The translations under genes were made by a program, and so were the position numbers. A stretch of 64,000 bases of DNA, taken from positions 3,930-67,929 of the forward strand of contig JAYVSV010000003.1 of the NCBI GenBank assembly GCA_043775015.1, written 5' to 3'. Below the pieces are notes generated by a model. That model was not told the origin of the DNA, did not search any database, and saw only the letters and a program-made list of their open reading frames with translations. The number at the start of each line of letters is the position of its first letter. Within the stretch, counting starts at the first letter, position 1. Source of the stretch: Verrucomicrobiota bacterium. Its GTDB lineage: Bacteria > Verrucomicrobiota > Verrucomicrobiia > Limisphaerales > CANJXF01. Shown piece after piece: positions 28,402 to 37,431 of the stretch.

Positions 28402-29298
28402 CTATCCGACGATCCAACTCAGAATCGTCTTTTGCACGTGCAAGCGATTCTCCGCTTCGTCAAAAATAGTTTGCGCATGGGCTTCGAATGTTTCTTCGTC
28501 GATTTCTTTACCACGATACGCTGGCAGGCAATGCATCACCAACGCATCGCGCTTGGCGAGTTTCAGCAGCGACTGGTTGATTTGATAACCAGCCAACTGT
28601 CGAATGCGCTCCGCCGATTCCGCTTCTTTACCCATGGAAATCCAGACGTCGGTGTAGAGAACATCGGCGTTTTCTGCCGCAGCTTTTAGATCTTCTGTGA
28701 CAATAATTTTTCCGCCCGCACGTTTCAGAATTTCAGGAGCTGGTTGGAAATTTTTCGGGGCGGCAATGCGCAATTCAAAACCAAGTTTCGCTGCCGCGAA
28801 AATCCACGAGACCGGCATGTTGCACGCGCCGTCGCCGATGAACGTCACCACTTTCCCCGCGATCGGCCCACGCTTCTCCTGGAAGGTAAAAATATCGGCC
28901 AACACCTGGCAGGGATGTTCGTCGTCGGTCAACGCGTTGATCGTCGGGATATTTGAAAACGCGGCAAACTCTTCAACATCGCTCTGCGCAAAGGTCCGAA
29001 TAATTGCGCCGTGAATCATCCGCCCCAGCACGCGCGCGGTGTCTTTGATCGGTTCACCGCGTCCGAGTTGAATGTCATTCGCATTCAGGAACAGCGCGTT
29101 ACCACCCAGTTCTCGAACTCCCACCTCAAACGAAACCCGCGTTCGCGTGGAAGATTTGGAAAAAATCAAACCCCAGGTCTTTCCGCGCAGCGGCTGCTCT
29201 GTTTCCCTGCCGCGCTTTTGTTTGACCAGCGTTGTTGCCGACAAAATTTGCTCCATGTCAGCGCGCCCCAAATTTTCCATGCTCAAGAGATGTTTCAT
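28402..29298 (-). CDS. argF: ornithine carbamoyltransferase
   Basis: SKSSTRTRVSFE, HPCQ, HCLPAYRG motifs. Confidence 0.9.
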   Translation of the reverse strand: MKHLLSMENLGRADMEQILSATTLVKQKRGRETEQPLRGKTWGLIFSKSSTRTRVSFEVGVRELGGNALFLNANDIQLGRGEPIKDTARVLGRMIHGAIIRTFAQSDVEEFAAFSNIPTINALTDDEHPCQVLADIFTFQEKRGPIAGKVVTFIGDGACNMPVSWIFAAAKLGFELRIAAPKNFQPAPEILKRAGGKIIVTEDLKAAAENADVLYTDVWISMGKEAESAERIRQLAGYQINQSLLKLAKRDALVMHCLPAYRGKEIDEETFEAHAQTIFDEAENRLHVQKTILSWIVG

Positions 29299-29301
29299 AA
29301 T

Positions 29302-30588
29302 TTACTGGAGCAGCTTCTTCAGCGTCGATTCGATGATTACAATTCCGTGCTCCGCCTCTTCGCGGCGCAAATTCAGCGGTGGCAGGAAACGAATCACCTG
29401 CGTGCCGGAAGGAATCGCGAGCATGCCCGCCTCGTGCAAACGGACGACAAATTGCATCGCGTGTGATTTTTCACTGGAAGCAAATGCAGGAATTCTTTCA
29501 GCGAGCTCGAGACCGATCAACATCCCGAAACCGCGCGCTGTTTTAATGACTTGCGGAAATTCCCGGGCGAGTCGGAGCAATTCGTTTTTCAGGAAATCTC
29601 CCACGCTCCGAGCATTGTCTGCGATCTTTTCGCGCTCGATCACTTCAAAAACCTTCAGTGCCACGGCACACGCCAGCGGACTGCCGCCGTACGTGGAACC
29701 ATGCGAACCCGCGCTCAAAAAATCCGCGAACGGCTGGCGCACCCAAAATGCGCCGATGGGAAATCCGCCACCGAGTGATTTCGCCATCGCAATTCCGTCC
29801 GGCAAAAATGTTTCCGCTCCTGGAATGTTTTCCAAAATGCGTTGGTAGCTTTGATTGCGGCCCGTTCGAAAATGTCCGCACTGCACACTGTCCATCAGCA
29901 ACAGCAGCTTCTTTTCGTCACACAGTTTGCGCAAGCCAAGCAGATACTCGGGCGACGCCGCCGTGATTCCGCCTTCGCCCTGGACGCCTTCGATCATGAT
30001 GGCGACGGTCGCGGGAGAAATAGCGTTGCGCATCGCCTCCACGTCATTGTAGGGCACGTGACGGAAGCCGGTCATCATCGGCTCAAAACCCTTTTTGACT
30101 TTGTCCTGACCCGTGGCGGAAATTCCGGCGAGCGTGCGGCCGTGAAAAGAATTTTGCGCGGTGAGGATTTCAAAACGTCCTTCGTCATGACCGAATTTCC
30201 GCGCGAGCTTGAATAAACCTTCGTTGGCTTCGGCGCCGCTGTTGGAAAAAAATATTTTCCCAGGCCCGATGGCATTGACGAGCTTTTCGGCAAGGTGTCC
30301 TTGCGGTTCGTTGAAATAAAGATTGGAAGTGTGAACCAATTTTTTGGACTGCTCGATCAGGGCCTCGGTCATTGCTGGATGCGCGTGACCCAGCGAGGAA
30401 ACGGCGATGCCGCCGCCAAAATCAAGATAGCGTTTCCCAACAATATCCCAGACATAGCTTCCGTTTCCGTGACTCAGCACGAGTTCAAAACGCGCGTAGC
30501 TGGGAACAACATTTCTGTCGAACAGACCTTTGATCGCAGCAACGTCGTTGCGAACGATTGCAGGTGGTGGAGGAACAATGTCTTTCAT
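29302..30588 (-). CDS. argD: acetylornithine aminotransferase (class III PLP)
   Basis: NSGAEANE, LLLMDSVQCG...GR, MAKSLGGGFPIG (PLP Lys context). In the arg operon. Confidence 0.9.
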   Translation of the reverse strand: MKDIVPPPPAIVRNDVAAIKGLFDRNVVPSYARFELVLSHGNGSYVWDIVGKRYLDFGGGIAVSSLGHAHPAMTEALIEQSKKLVHTSNLYFNEPQGHLAEKLVNAIGPGKIFFSNSGAEANEGLFKLARKFGHDEGRFEILTAQNSFHGRTLAGISATGQDKVKKGFEPMMTGFRHVPYNDVEAMRNAISPATVAIMIEGVQGEGGITAASPEYLLGLRKLCDEKKLLLLMDSVQCGHFRTGRNQSYQRILENIPGAETFLPDGIAMAKSLGGGFPIGAFWVRQPFADFLSAGSHGSTYGGSPLACAVALKVFEVIEREKIADNARSVGDFLKNELLRLAREFPQVIKTARGFGMLIGLELAERIPAFASSEKSHAMQFVVRLHEAGMLAIPSGTQVIRFLPPLNLRREEAEHGIVIIESTLKKLLQ

Positions 30589-30589
30589 T

Positions 30590-31465
30590 TTAAATTACAA
30601 TTTCAGTGCCGATTCCTGCATCAGTGAAAATTTCCAGCAGCACGGAATGTTGAACCCGGCCATCCACAAAAGAAACTTTTTCCACGCCAGCCGTAATCGC
30701 GACAACGGCGCTATCCACCTTTGGAATCATTCCTTTGTCGATCACACCGGTTTTTTTCAATCCGTCCACTTCGGAAATTTGCAGGTGCGAAATCACGGTG
30801 GACGGATCTTTCGGATCACGCATCAAACCTGGAACGTCGCTCATGAAAACAAGTCGTTTCGCCTTCAGCGCGATCGCGACCTGCGCCGCCGCAACATCCG
30901 CATTGCAGTTGTAAATTTTCCCGTCTTCACCGAGTGCGGTTGGACTGATGACCGGTGTGATACCCTGCTTGATACAGGCAAGCAGCGGCGCAGTGTTCAC
31001 TTTAAAAACTTCACCGACGTAACCGATGTCGAGTGGTTGTCCCTGCGAATCTTTGAGAAAAGTTTTTTGACATTTGAAAATTTCTGTTCCAGAGAAACCT
31101 TTGGCCGCGCCGCCGAGGGAATTGATCGTCGCGACAATCTCTGGATTGATTTCAGAAGAAAGAACGTCGTCCACAATCTTCACCGTCGCCTCATCGGTCA
31201 CGCGCTGGCCTTGAATGAAACTGGCTTTCAATCCCGCCGCTTCCATCGCGCGAGTGATTGCTTTGCCGCCGCCGTGAACGACCACCGGATTAATTTCGAC
31301 TGCTTCAAGAAAAACAATGTCGCGCGCCACGCCATTGCGAATCGCCGCGTCCGGGGAATCCATAAAACTTCCGCCGTATTTCACGACGAACGTTTCGCCG
31401 CTGAATTTCTGAATGTAAGGCAACGCTTCAAGCAACGTCGCGGCTTTGGAGATGAGGTCTTGCAT
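30590..31465 (-). CDS. argB: acetylglutamate kinase
   Basis: FVVKYGGSFM, VVVHGGG, NADVAA motifs. Confidence 0.9.
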   Translation of the reverse strand: MQDLISKAATLLEALPYIQKFSGETFVVKYGGSFMDSPDAAIRNGVARDIVFLEAVEINPVVVHGGGKAITRAMEAAGLKASFIQGQRVTDEATVKIVDDVLSSEINPEIVATINSLGGAAKGFSGTEIFKCQKTFLKDSQGQPLDIGYVGEVFKVNTAPLLACIKQGITPVISPTALGEDGKIYNCNADVAAAQVAIALKAKRLVFMSDVPGLMRDPKDPSTVISHLQISEVDGLKKTGVIDKGMIPKVDSAVVAITAGVEKVSFVDGRVQHSVLLEIFTDAGIGTEIVI

Positions 31466-31468
31466 GAG

Positions 31469-31792
31469 TTAAATGAAAAACGAAGCCGGGTTTGCGCGCC
31501 AGTTTTGTGCGCCGTAGATGACACGCAGAATTTCAATCTCTTTTTCCAATCCGCGATAAAAAACCAACCAACGATTGAAAGGTGGTGGCAGGACGCTGAA
31601 GCGAACGCCGGCGAGACGGCGATGTTTCAATCGCGCCATCGGGCCGGATTCAGGAAATTTCGCCAATCGGTCAAACGCTTTGAAGGTTGCGTCCAAAAAA
31701 CACCGTGCTGCTTTCGGATTGTCCGCAAAAATCCAGCGTGCGCCTTCCACCAGGTCATGGTCGGCTTTCGGCTTGGTGCGATAGCCGCTCAT
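31469..31792 (-). CDS. parE: ParE/RelE-fold type II toxin
   Basis: 107 aa. DLVEGARWI...FLDATFKAFDRLAKFPESG...WLVFYR...IEILRVIYGAQN matches the ParE pattern. Confidence 0.8.
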   Translation of the reverse strand: MSGYRTKPKADHDLVEGARWIFADNPKAARCFLDATFKAFDRLAKFPESGPMARLKHRRLAGVRFSVLPPPFNRWLVFYRGLEKEIEILRVIYGAQNWRANPASFFI

Positions 31793-32055
31793 TTCACTTT
31801 CAGTGCCTGATGATAAATGCGTTTCTTACGTTCATCCGTCATCCGCACGCTCTCGCCGCTGTCCAATCCTTCCAGCAACAGCTCTTCCAAATCTTCGCGC
31901 CCATTCACCGAACACCCGCGAGGTCCGGCGTTGCGTTCGAGCGCATCGGCCAGCCGCAACGAATGGCGGATCACTTCACCTTCGTTGGCGAACTGTCCCG
32001 TGGCGATCTGTCGCTGGACGATGCGCTTGTAATAGGGAGTCAATGTTTGGCTCAT
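31789..32055 (-). CDS. parD: ParD-type (RHH, CC2985-like) antitoxin
   Basis: MSQTLTPYYKRIVQRQIATGQFANEGEVIRHSLRL. 4-nt overlap with parE. Confidence 0.7.
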   Translation of the reverse strand: MSQTLTPYYKRIVQRQIATGQFANEGEVIRHSLRLADALERNAGPRGCSVNGREDLEELLLEGLDSGESVRMTDERKKRIYHQALKVK

Positions 32056-32198
32056 ACGGAAGAAATTTCTATCCATCGCCAATGGGAGTCAAGCGTCCGA
32101 AGCGGCCCGTATTTCACGACAAATATTTCGCCACTGAATTTCTGGATGTAAAGCAACGCTTCGAGCAACGTTGCGGCTTTGGAGATGAGGTCGTGCAT
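32052..32198 (-). pseudogene. orphan 5' fragment of argB (31 homologous codons, then an out-of-context tail)
   Basis: MHDLISKAATLLEALLYIQKFSGEIFVVKYG versus argB MQDLISKAATLLEALPYIQKFSGETFVVKYG. The 48-aa ORF ends in a TGA that overlaps the parD ATG (ATGA). Confidence 0.85.
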
Positions 32199-32203
32199 GT
32201 CGA

Positions 32204-32800
32204 TTAAGATTTTTTCAATGAGAGAGCAAGTAAGGCATCTTTCATTCCCTTCTTAGCAGGGCCATATTTCGGATCAATCTCGATTGCTTTGCGATAACAA
32301 TCGATCGCTTCCTGATAACGGCTTTGTGCCACGAAGACGCCTCCGAGGTTGAAATACGCTTCATCAATACATTCTGCGGAGCGATCAATTGCCTTTTGAT
32401 AAAACAGTGCGGCTTTGTCGAGCAGACCACCCTTAAAGGCGATGTGCCCTAAATAAATATAAACGCCACCACATTTGGGGTCGGCTCGTAATCCACGCCG
32501 ATACCAAAATGAAGCCTTTTTCAGATCGCCCTTCGAATCGAACAAGTGTCCCATTTGAACGGAAGCCAACCGGATTGCTCTTCCATTCCCTTTGCTCAAA
32601 GATATTGCACGGCGAAGAGCGTTTTCTGCCTGGGCATATTGGGCAAGTTGAATCTTTGCCATTGCATACCAAATCAATGCGAACTGGTCGTCTGGGAATC
32701 GGTGAAAATGATCCTCGCACAATTCTACAACTAATGCAGTTAGTCCTTTTTTATCCGCAATTGGAATGCGTCTGTAACTTTGGCTTTCATCAAGAATCAT
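32204..32800 (-). CDS. TPR repeat protein
   Basis: Repeated A-x-x-x-[FY]-x-x-A-[LI] TPR helices (AENALRRAISL, ASFWYRRGLRADP, AALFYQKAIDR, AIDCYRKAIEIDP). Visibly more AT-rich than its neighbours. Confidence 0.7.
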   Translation of the reverse strand: MILDESQSYRRIPIADKKGLTALVVELCEDHFHRFPDDQFALIWYAMAKIQLAQYAQAENALRRAISLSKGNGRAIRLASVQMGHLFDSKGDLKKASFWYRRGLRADPKCGGVYIYLGHIAFKGGLLDKAALFYQKAIDRSAECIDEAYFNLGGVFVAQSRYQEAIDCYRKAIEIDPKYGPAKKGMKDALLALSLKKS

Positions 32801-32864
32801 AAGTTTGTGATTTTCATTTTACTGCGTTTGGTTCTTGAGCATCACAAAAAAACAAATTTTTGAC

Positions 32865-33056
32865 TCAGACAAACTCGACGTTAACTCCGCTGTTCATCAA
32901 GGAGTCCAGTTCCTTTTTGTCCACCACCATCATTTTGCGGTCAAAATCAGCCAGTGGATCTTGCGCTAATTGAGAGTCGGTTGCGGCCGGATCGCGAGGG
33001 TCGTAAATCCAGATGAGCGGCTCGTCGAAATTATGATTTGTTTTTTTGTCATTCAT
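32865..33056 (-). CDS. hypothetical small acidic protein
   Basis: ATG at 33056 lies 1 nt after the argJ stop codon. 63 aa, no motif. Confidence 0.35.
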   Translation of the reverse strand: MNDKKTNHNFDEPLIWIYDPRDPAATDSQLAQDPLADFDRKMMVVDKKELDSLMNSGVNVEFV

Positions 33057-33057
33057 C

Positions 33058-34419
33058 TCAACCTCCAAGTGTCGTCGGATCAGTTACGTCGCCTTTGTTG
33101 AACTCAACGTATTCCTCGGTCAAATCGGCGGCATACATCAACGCGGCAGCTTTTCCGAGATTCAGATGGATATGCAAATCAAATTCCTTCGGCGCGACGG
33201 CGGCGCAAAGTTCTTTGAAGCTGGTTTTCGTCGGCTGGCCGCGTTTCAAACTCCAAACAATTTTTTTGGAACCCGGCGCGCTGTAACCGATATCGACTTT
33301 TTCTTCGACAACGCGTGCGGCGCTGTAACCGATTGCATCAATGATGCGGCCCCAGTTCGGATCACCGCCGTGCCAACTGGTTTTCACCAATGCGCTGTTG
33401 GCGACCGCGCGGGCTGCGGCATCGGCGTCGGCATAATTTTTTGCTCCGCTTACGCGAACCGTCACAAATGTGGAAACACCTTCGCCATCTCGCACAATCA
33501 TTTTGGCGAGTTCTAGGCAGACGTGATTTAAGGCGGCTTGGAAAGTTTCTAAATCGCGGTGGGGCGAGGCTCCTGACGAGCCGGCTCGCGGGGACGCTCG
33601 CCCCACCAAGCGCGGGTTTTCAGAGAGGCCATTTGCCAAAACTAAAACGGTGTCGTTGGTGCTCATATCGCCATCGACGGTGATGCGATTGAAACTATGC
33701 GCGACGGCTTCGTGCAGTGCGGTTTGCAACGCACTTTTCTCAATCGCGGCATCAGTGGTGATGAAGCAAAGCATCGTTGCGTGTAAAGGAATCGCCGCAG
33801 GGCGCGCGCCGGTTGCGCTCATGCCGGGCTGAATCATCCCTGCGCCTTTGCAAATGCCGCCAATCGTCACGCGCTTGTCGCCGAGCTTGAATTCCACCGC
33901 GATTTGCTTCGGCTTGGTGTCGCTCGTCATGATGGCTTCGGCGACGTGATTGGCGTTTTCAGTGGAACTGTTCAATCGCCACGCTGCGTCCTGAATACCG
34001 CGCTTCACATTTTCCATCGGCATGTTGACGCCGATGCGTCCCGTCGAACCGACGAGCACACTTTTTTCTGAAAGGCCGAGTTCCTTTGCGACAAGGCGTG
34101 CCATTTCAATCGCGTCCTGCATCCCCTGTTTTCCAGTGCAAGCGTTGGCGTTGCCCGAATTGACCACGACCGCCTGAGCTACTCCTGCTTTGACACGCTG
34201 AACGCACACCTTCACCGGCGCGGCGCAAATCTGGTTCGTGGTGAACATGCCGGCGACCGTCGCTGGAACTTTGGAAACGATGAGCGCGAGATCGCGTTTC
34301 TTGCCTTTGTTGGAACCTTTGCCGGTGCCGAGTTTTTTGATGTCGCAAAAAATCCCGGAGGCGAGGAAGCCCTGGGGCACCGTGATTGAACCTGGAACAG
34401 TTTTGAAAGAAGGTTTCAT
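33058..34419 (-). CDS. argJ: bifunctional glutamate N-acetyltransferase / amino-acid acetyltransferase
   Basis: Autoprocessing site PLHATMLCFITTDA, NSGNANACTG, GKGAGMIQP, DPNWGRI. Confidence 0.9.
   Translation of the reverse strand: MKPSFKTVPGSITVPQGFLASGIFCDIKKLGTGKGSNKGKKRDLALIVSKVPATVAGMFTTNQICAAPVKVCVQRVKAGVAQAVVVNSGNANACTGKQGMQDAIEMARLVAKELGLSEKSVLVGSTGRIGVNMPMENVKRGIQDAAWRLNSSTENANHVAEAIMTSDTKPKQIAVEFKLGDKRVTIGGICKGAGMIQPGMSATGARPAAIPLHATMLCFITTDAAIEKSALQTALHEAVAHSFNRITVDGDMSTNDTVLVLANGLSENPRLVGRASPRAGSSGASPHRDLETFQAALNHVCLELAKMIVRDGEGVSTFVTVRVSGAKNYADADAAARAVANSALVKTSWHGGDPNWGRIIDAIGYSAARVVEEKVDIGYSAPGSKKIVWSLKRGQPTKTSFKELCAAVAPKEFDLHIHLNLGKAAALMYAADLTEEYVEFNKGDVTDPTTLGG
33558..33607. 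repeat. nested GC-rich palindromic element lying in frame inside argJ
   Basis: GGTGGGGCGAG (33558-33568) pairs with CTCGCCCCACC (33597-33607). Core palindrome CGAGCCGGCTCG at 33577-33588. Encodes ...LVGRASPRAGSSGASPH... Confidence 0.6.
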
Positions 34420-34450
34420 CGAATATCAATTCATCAACACAAACGGAAGA

Positions 34451-34471
34451 CAGCAATTTTTAAAATTGCTG
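34451..34471. promoter_or_regulatory. candidate operator upstream of argJ (21-bp palindrome)
   Basis: CAGCAATTTT-t-AAAATTGCTG lies 32-52 bp upstream of the argJ ATG (34419). AT-rich core resembles ARG-box-type operators. Confidence 0.3.
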
Positions 34472-34654
34472 AATGCGGGAACGGAGTGGTCTCACAGCCC
34501 AATTCATGGGAAAACGGAAACAGGTAGCGCCGCTGCTGTCAATAGTTCTGAAACTGCTCTTTGCAACACCGCCTCCCGCCGCAAAAATGGTCTGTTGGTT
34601 TGCTCTTGATTCAGAAATGCACTAATAGATGAAAGCTTGTGAAAATTTTTCTCG

Positions 34655-37351
34655 ATGACAAAATTTAAATTCTTATCCGGCATTCGGATCGTTCTGCTGG
34701 TGGCTTGTGTTTCTCCGCTTCGATTTGATCCTCTGTTTGCATCAAACCAGCCCGAAATTATTCAAGGAACTCAGGGAACGGCAACGACGCAATCCTCGAT
34801 TATTTTCTCAGATCTCGCAAAAAAAGAAAACGATCTCCGCGAACCGCGCGTGGTTCCACGTCCTAAATTTCCGAATTCAAAGAAAAAATCCAACGCTGAT
34901 TCAACAGTCGAAGGATCGGCCGGAAAAGGAGGGCCGCTTGCTCCGGGGCCATCTCCATCTTCCAGTTTTTTAGGTCTGTCGGATGACGATCTCAATATTC
35001 CGCCGGACACGCACGGCGCGGTGGGGCCGAATCACGTGATGACCACTTTAAACGGCGAAGTTCGAATTCAAAATCGCACGGGCGGCGTGATCAGCACGGT
35101 TTCGTTCAGCAATTTTTGGGCTTCGGTTGGCAATGCGGATCCCTTCGATCCCAAGGCTCTTTATGATCCTTATCATAATCGGTGGATGTTCACCGCAGGC
35201 GCAAACGGCAGATTGACCAGTTCAGCAGCGTTGGTCGGCGTGTCCCAAACCAGCGATCCGACGGGCGCATGGTTTTTGTATAAAATCACGGCCGATGCGA
35301 CCGGGGCTTATTGGGCGGATTATCCAAGCCTCGGTTTCAACAAAGATTGGATTGTAGCCTCATTCAACATGTTTCTGGTCAGCGGCGCAGCGGGCAGTCA
35401 GGTCAATATTTATGTATTGAACAAAACAAATCTCTATGCGGGAACGGCTACCTTCACTTTGTTGAAAGATACGACGGGTAACGGCTTCACCATGGTTCCT
35501 GCCATCACTTACGACACGAACCTGAACCGAGTCTATCTGCTCGAAGATTTCGATAATAGCATCGGCCAATTGCGACTGAGCACAATTACCGGCTCGATCG
35601 GGGCAGAGGTTTTGACCAAAGGAACCTTTTTTCCTACCTCGGCCAGTAATTGGGATTTTGGTGGAACCGGTGATTTCATGCCGCAACTCGGTTCCCTCAA
35701 TAAAATTGATGGCGGCGATTCGCGCATTCAAAATGTGGTTTATCGCAACGGAAGTCTTTGGACGACGCACACTGTATTCTTGCCCGCCGCCACGCCGACG
35801 CGAGCCGCCGTGCAATGGTGGGAAATCGCGACGAACGGAGTCGTGAAACAATTTGGTCGGCTCGAAGATGCCACCGGCAAAACGAATTACGGCTATCCAA
35901 CCATCGCGGTGAATAAAAATAGCGACGCGCTGATCGGCTACTCGCGGTTCGCCACCAACCAATATGCGAGCGGAAATTATTCGTTCCGTTTTTCATTCGA
36001 CGCGACCAACACGCTGCGCGACGACACCGTTTTTAAATCCGGCGAAAGCGCTTACTATAAAACTTTTGGCGGGCCGGATAATCGTTGGGGCGATTACAGC
36101 AGCACGGTCGTCGATCCGGTGAACGACCTCACCTTCTGGACGATTCAGGAATACGCGGCAGCCTCTGTCGGGAATCCAGACATTGAAGGGAACAGCCGTT
36201 GGGGAACCTGGTGGGCACGGATTGATGCCGGGCCAAATGTGATCATCGAATCCGCGACCTTGGTTTCGGAAAACTGCGCGCCAACCAATGGCGTCATCGA
36301 TCCGGGTGAAACGGCAACGGTGAGCTTCGCTTTGAAAAATGTTGGAGGACTGAACGTCACCAACCTGACCGCGACTCTTCAAACGAGCACCGGGATTATT
36401 TCACCCAGCGGTGCGCAAAACTATGGCGGACTGATTGCAGGCGGTTCATCGGTCGCAAGGTCATTTAGCTTCACTGCGCTTGGTGGCTGCGGGGGGACCA
36501 ACAACGCCGTTTTTTCGTTGCTGGATGGAATAAATAATCTCGGCACCATCACAAATACTTTTCAACTCGGCAAAGCGCAGATCGCTTTCTCCCAAAATTT
36601 TGATGGCGTCGTTTCGCCAACGTTGCCGGCCGGTTGGACGGTGATTGCGAGTGGCGTCGCTGCTTGGAATACGTCCACCACTTTTCGTGATACTCTCCCG
36701 AACGCGGCTTTCTCTGCGGCTCCCGGTATCGTCAGCAGCAATCGTTTAACTTCACCGGCGTTTTCGATCACCACCACGAATGCACAGCTTAGTTTTGTGC
36801 ATAAATACGATTTTGAATTATTCTACGATGGAGGCGTTCTGGAAATTTCCACGAACGCTGGCGCTTTTTCGGACTTCATTACTGCGGGCGGTTCTTTCAC
36901 GACCAAAGGTTACGTCACGAACCTTCTGAGCGGTTCCGGAAATCCTCTCGGGAGCAGATCAGCGTGGACGGGAAATTCCGGCGGTTTCGTGACCACCACG
37001 GCAAAACTACCCGTCGCCGCCGCAGGTAAATCGGTTCAACTGCGTTGGTATTGCGGCACGGATAACAGCAACAACGGCACCGGTTGGTATCTGGATACCA
37101 TTTCCGTAAGCGACGGATTCGCTTGCTGCATTTCGCCTCCAACCATCGTCAACGTCCTGCGCAATGGAACGAACATTAACTTTTCATTCCTCACCGCTTC
37201 CGGCCAAAACTATACGGTCGAATACAAGGATTCTTTGAACGATATAAACTGGCTCATCTTGCAAAGTGTTTTAGGCGACGGCAGCGCAAAAGTAATTACC
37301 AATTTGCTCTCAGCATCAGCCACACGATTCTATCGGGTCAGAGCGCCGTAA
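34655..37351 (+). CDS. large secreted multidomain protein (N-terminal propeller-like region, CARDB-like domain, choice-of-anchor-J-like domain, C-terminal FYRV beta-sandwich)
   Basis: Signal peptide. GVIDPGETATVSFALKNVGG (CARDB-like). FSQNFDG...LPAGW. Tail ...YTVEYKDSLNDINW...RFYRVRAP. Confidence 0.5.
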   Translation: MTKFKFLSGIRIVLLVACVSPLRFDPLFASNQPEIIQGTQGTATTQSSIIFSDLAKKENDLREPRVVPRPKFPNSKKKSNADSTVEGSAGKGGPLAPGPSPSSSFLGLSDDDLNIPPDTHGAVGPNHVMTTLNGEVRIQNRTGGVISTVSFSNFWASVGNADPFDPKALYDPYHNRWMFTAGANGRLTSSAALVGVSQTSDPTGAWFLYKITADATGAYWADYPSLGFNKDWIVASFNMFLVSGAAGSQVNIYVLNKTNLYAGTATFTLLKDTTGNGFTMVPAITYDTNLNRVYLLEDFDNSIGQLRLSTITGSIGAEVLTKGTFFPTSASNWDFGGTGDFMPQLGSLNKIDGGDSRIQNVVYRNGSLWTTHTVFLPAATPTRAAVQWWEIATNGVVKQFGRLEDATGKTNYGYPTIAVNKNSDALIGYSRFATNQYASGNYSFRFSFDATNTLRDDTVFKSGESAYYKTFGGPDNRWGDYSSTVVDPVNDLTFWTIQEYAAASVGNPDIEGNSRWGTWWARIDAGPNVIIESATLVSENCAPTNGVIDPGETATVSFALKNVGGLNVTNLTATLQTSTGIISPSGAQNYGGLIAGGSSVARSFSFTALGGCGGTNNAVFSLLDGINNLGTITNTFQLGKAQIAFSQNFDGVVSPTLPAGWTVIASGVAAWNTSTTFRDTLPNAAFSAAPGIVSSNRLTSPAFSITTTNAQLSFVHKYDFELFYDGGVLEISTNAGAFSDFITAGGSFTTKGYVTNLLSGSGNPLGSRSAWTGNSGGFVTTTAKLPVAAAGKSVQLRWYCGTDNSNNGTGWYLDTISVSDGFACCISPPTIVNVLRNGTNINFSFLTASGQNYTVEYKDSLNDINWLILQSVLGDGSAKVITNLLSASATRFYRVRAP

Positions 37352-37431
37352 ACCACTGGATCGAGTTTGCGCGTTGTTTTCCCCACCCACCCTCAGCGCC
37401 TTCGCCTTGAATCCAATCGCATGGTTAAAAC

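Noticed and set aside
30530-31810. 426-aa plus-strand ORF
   Set aside because: It is antisense to argB and parE and has no motifs. It is a shadow ORF.
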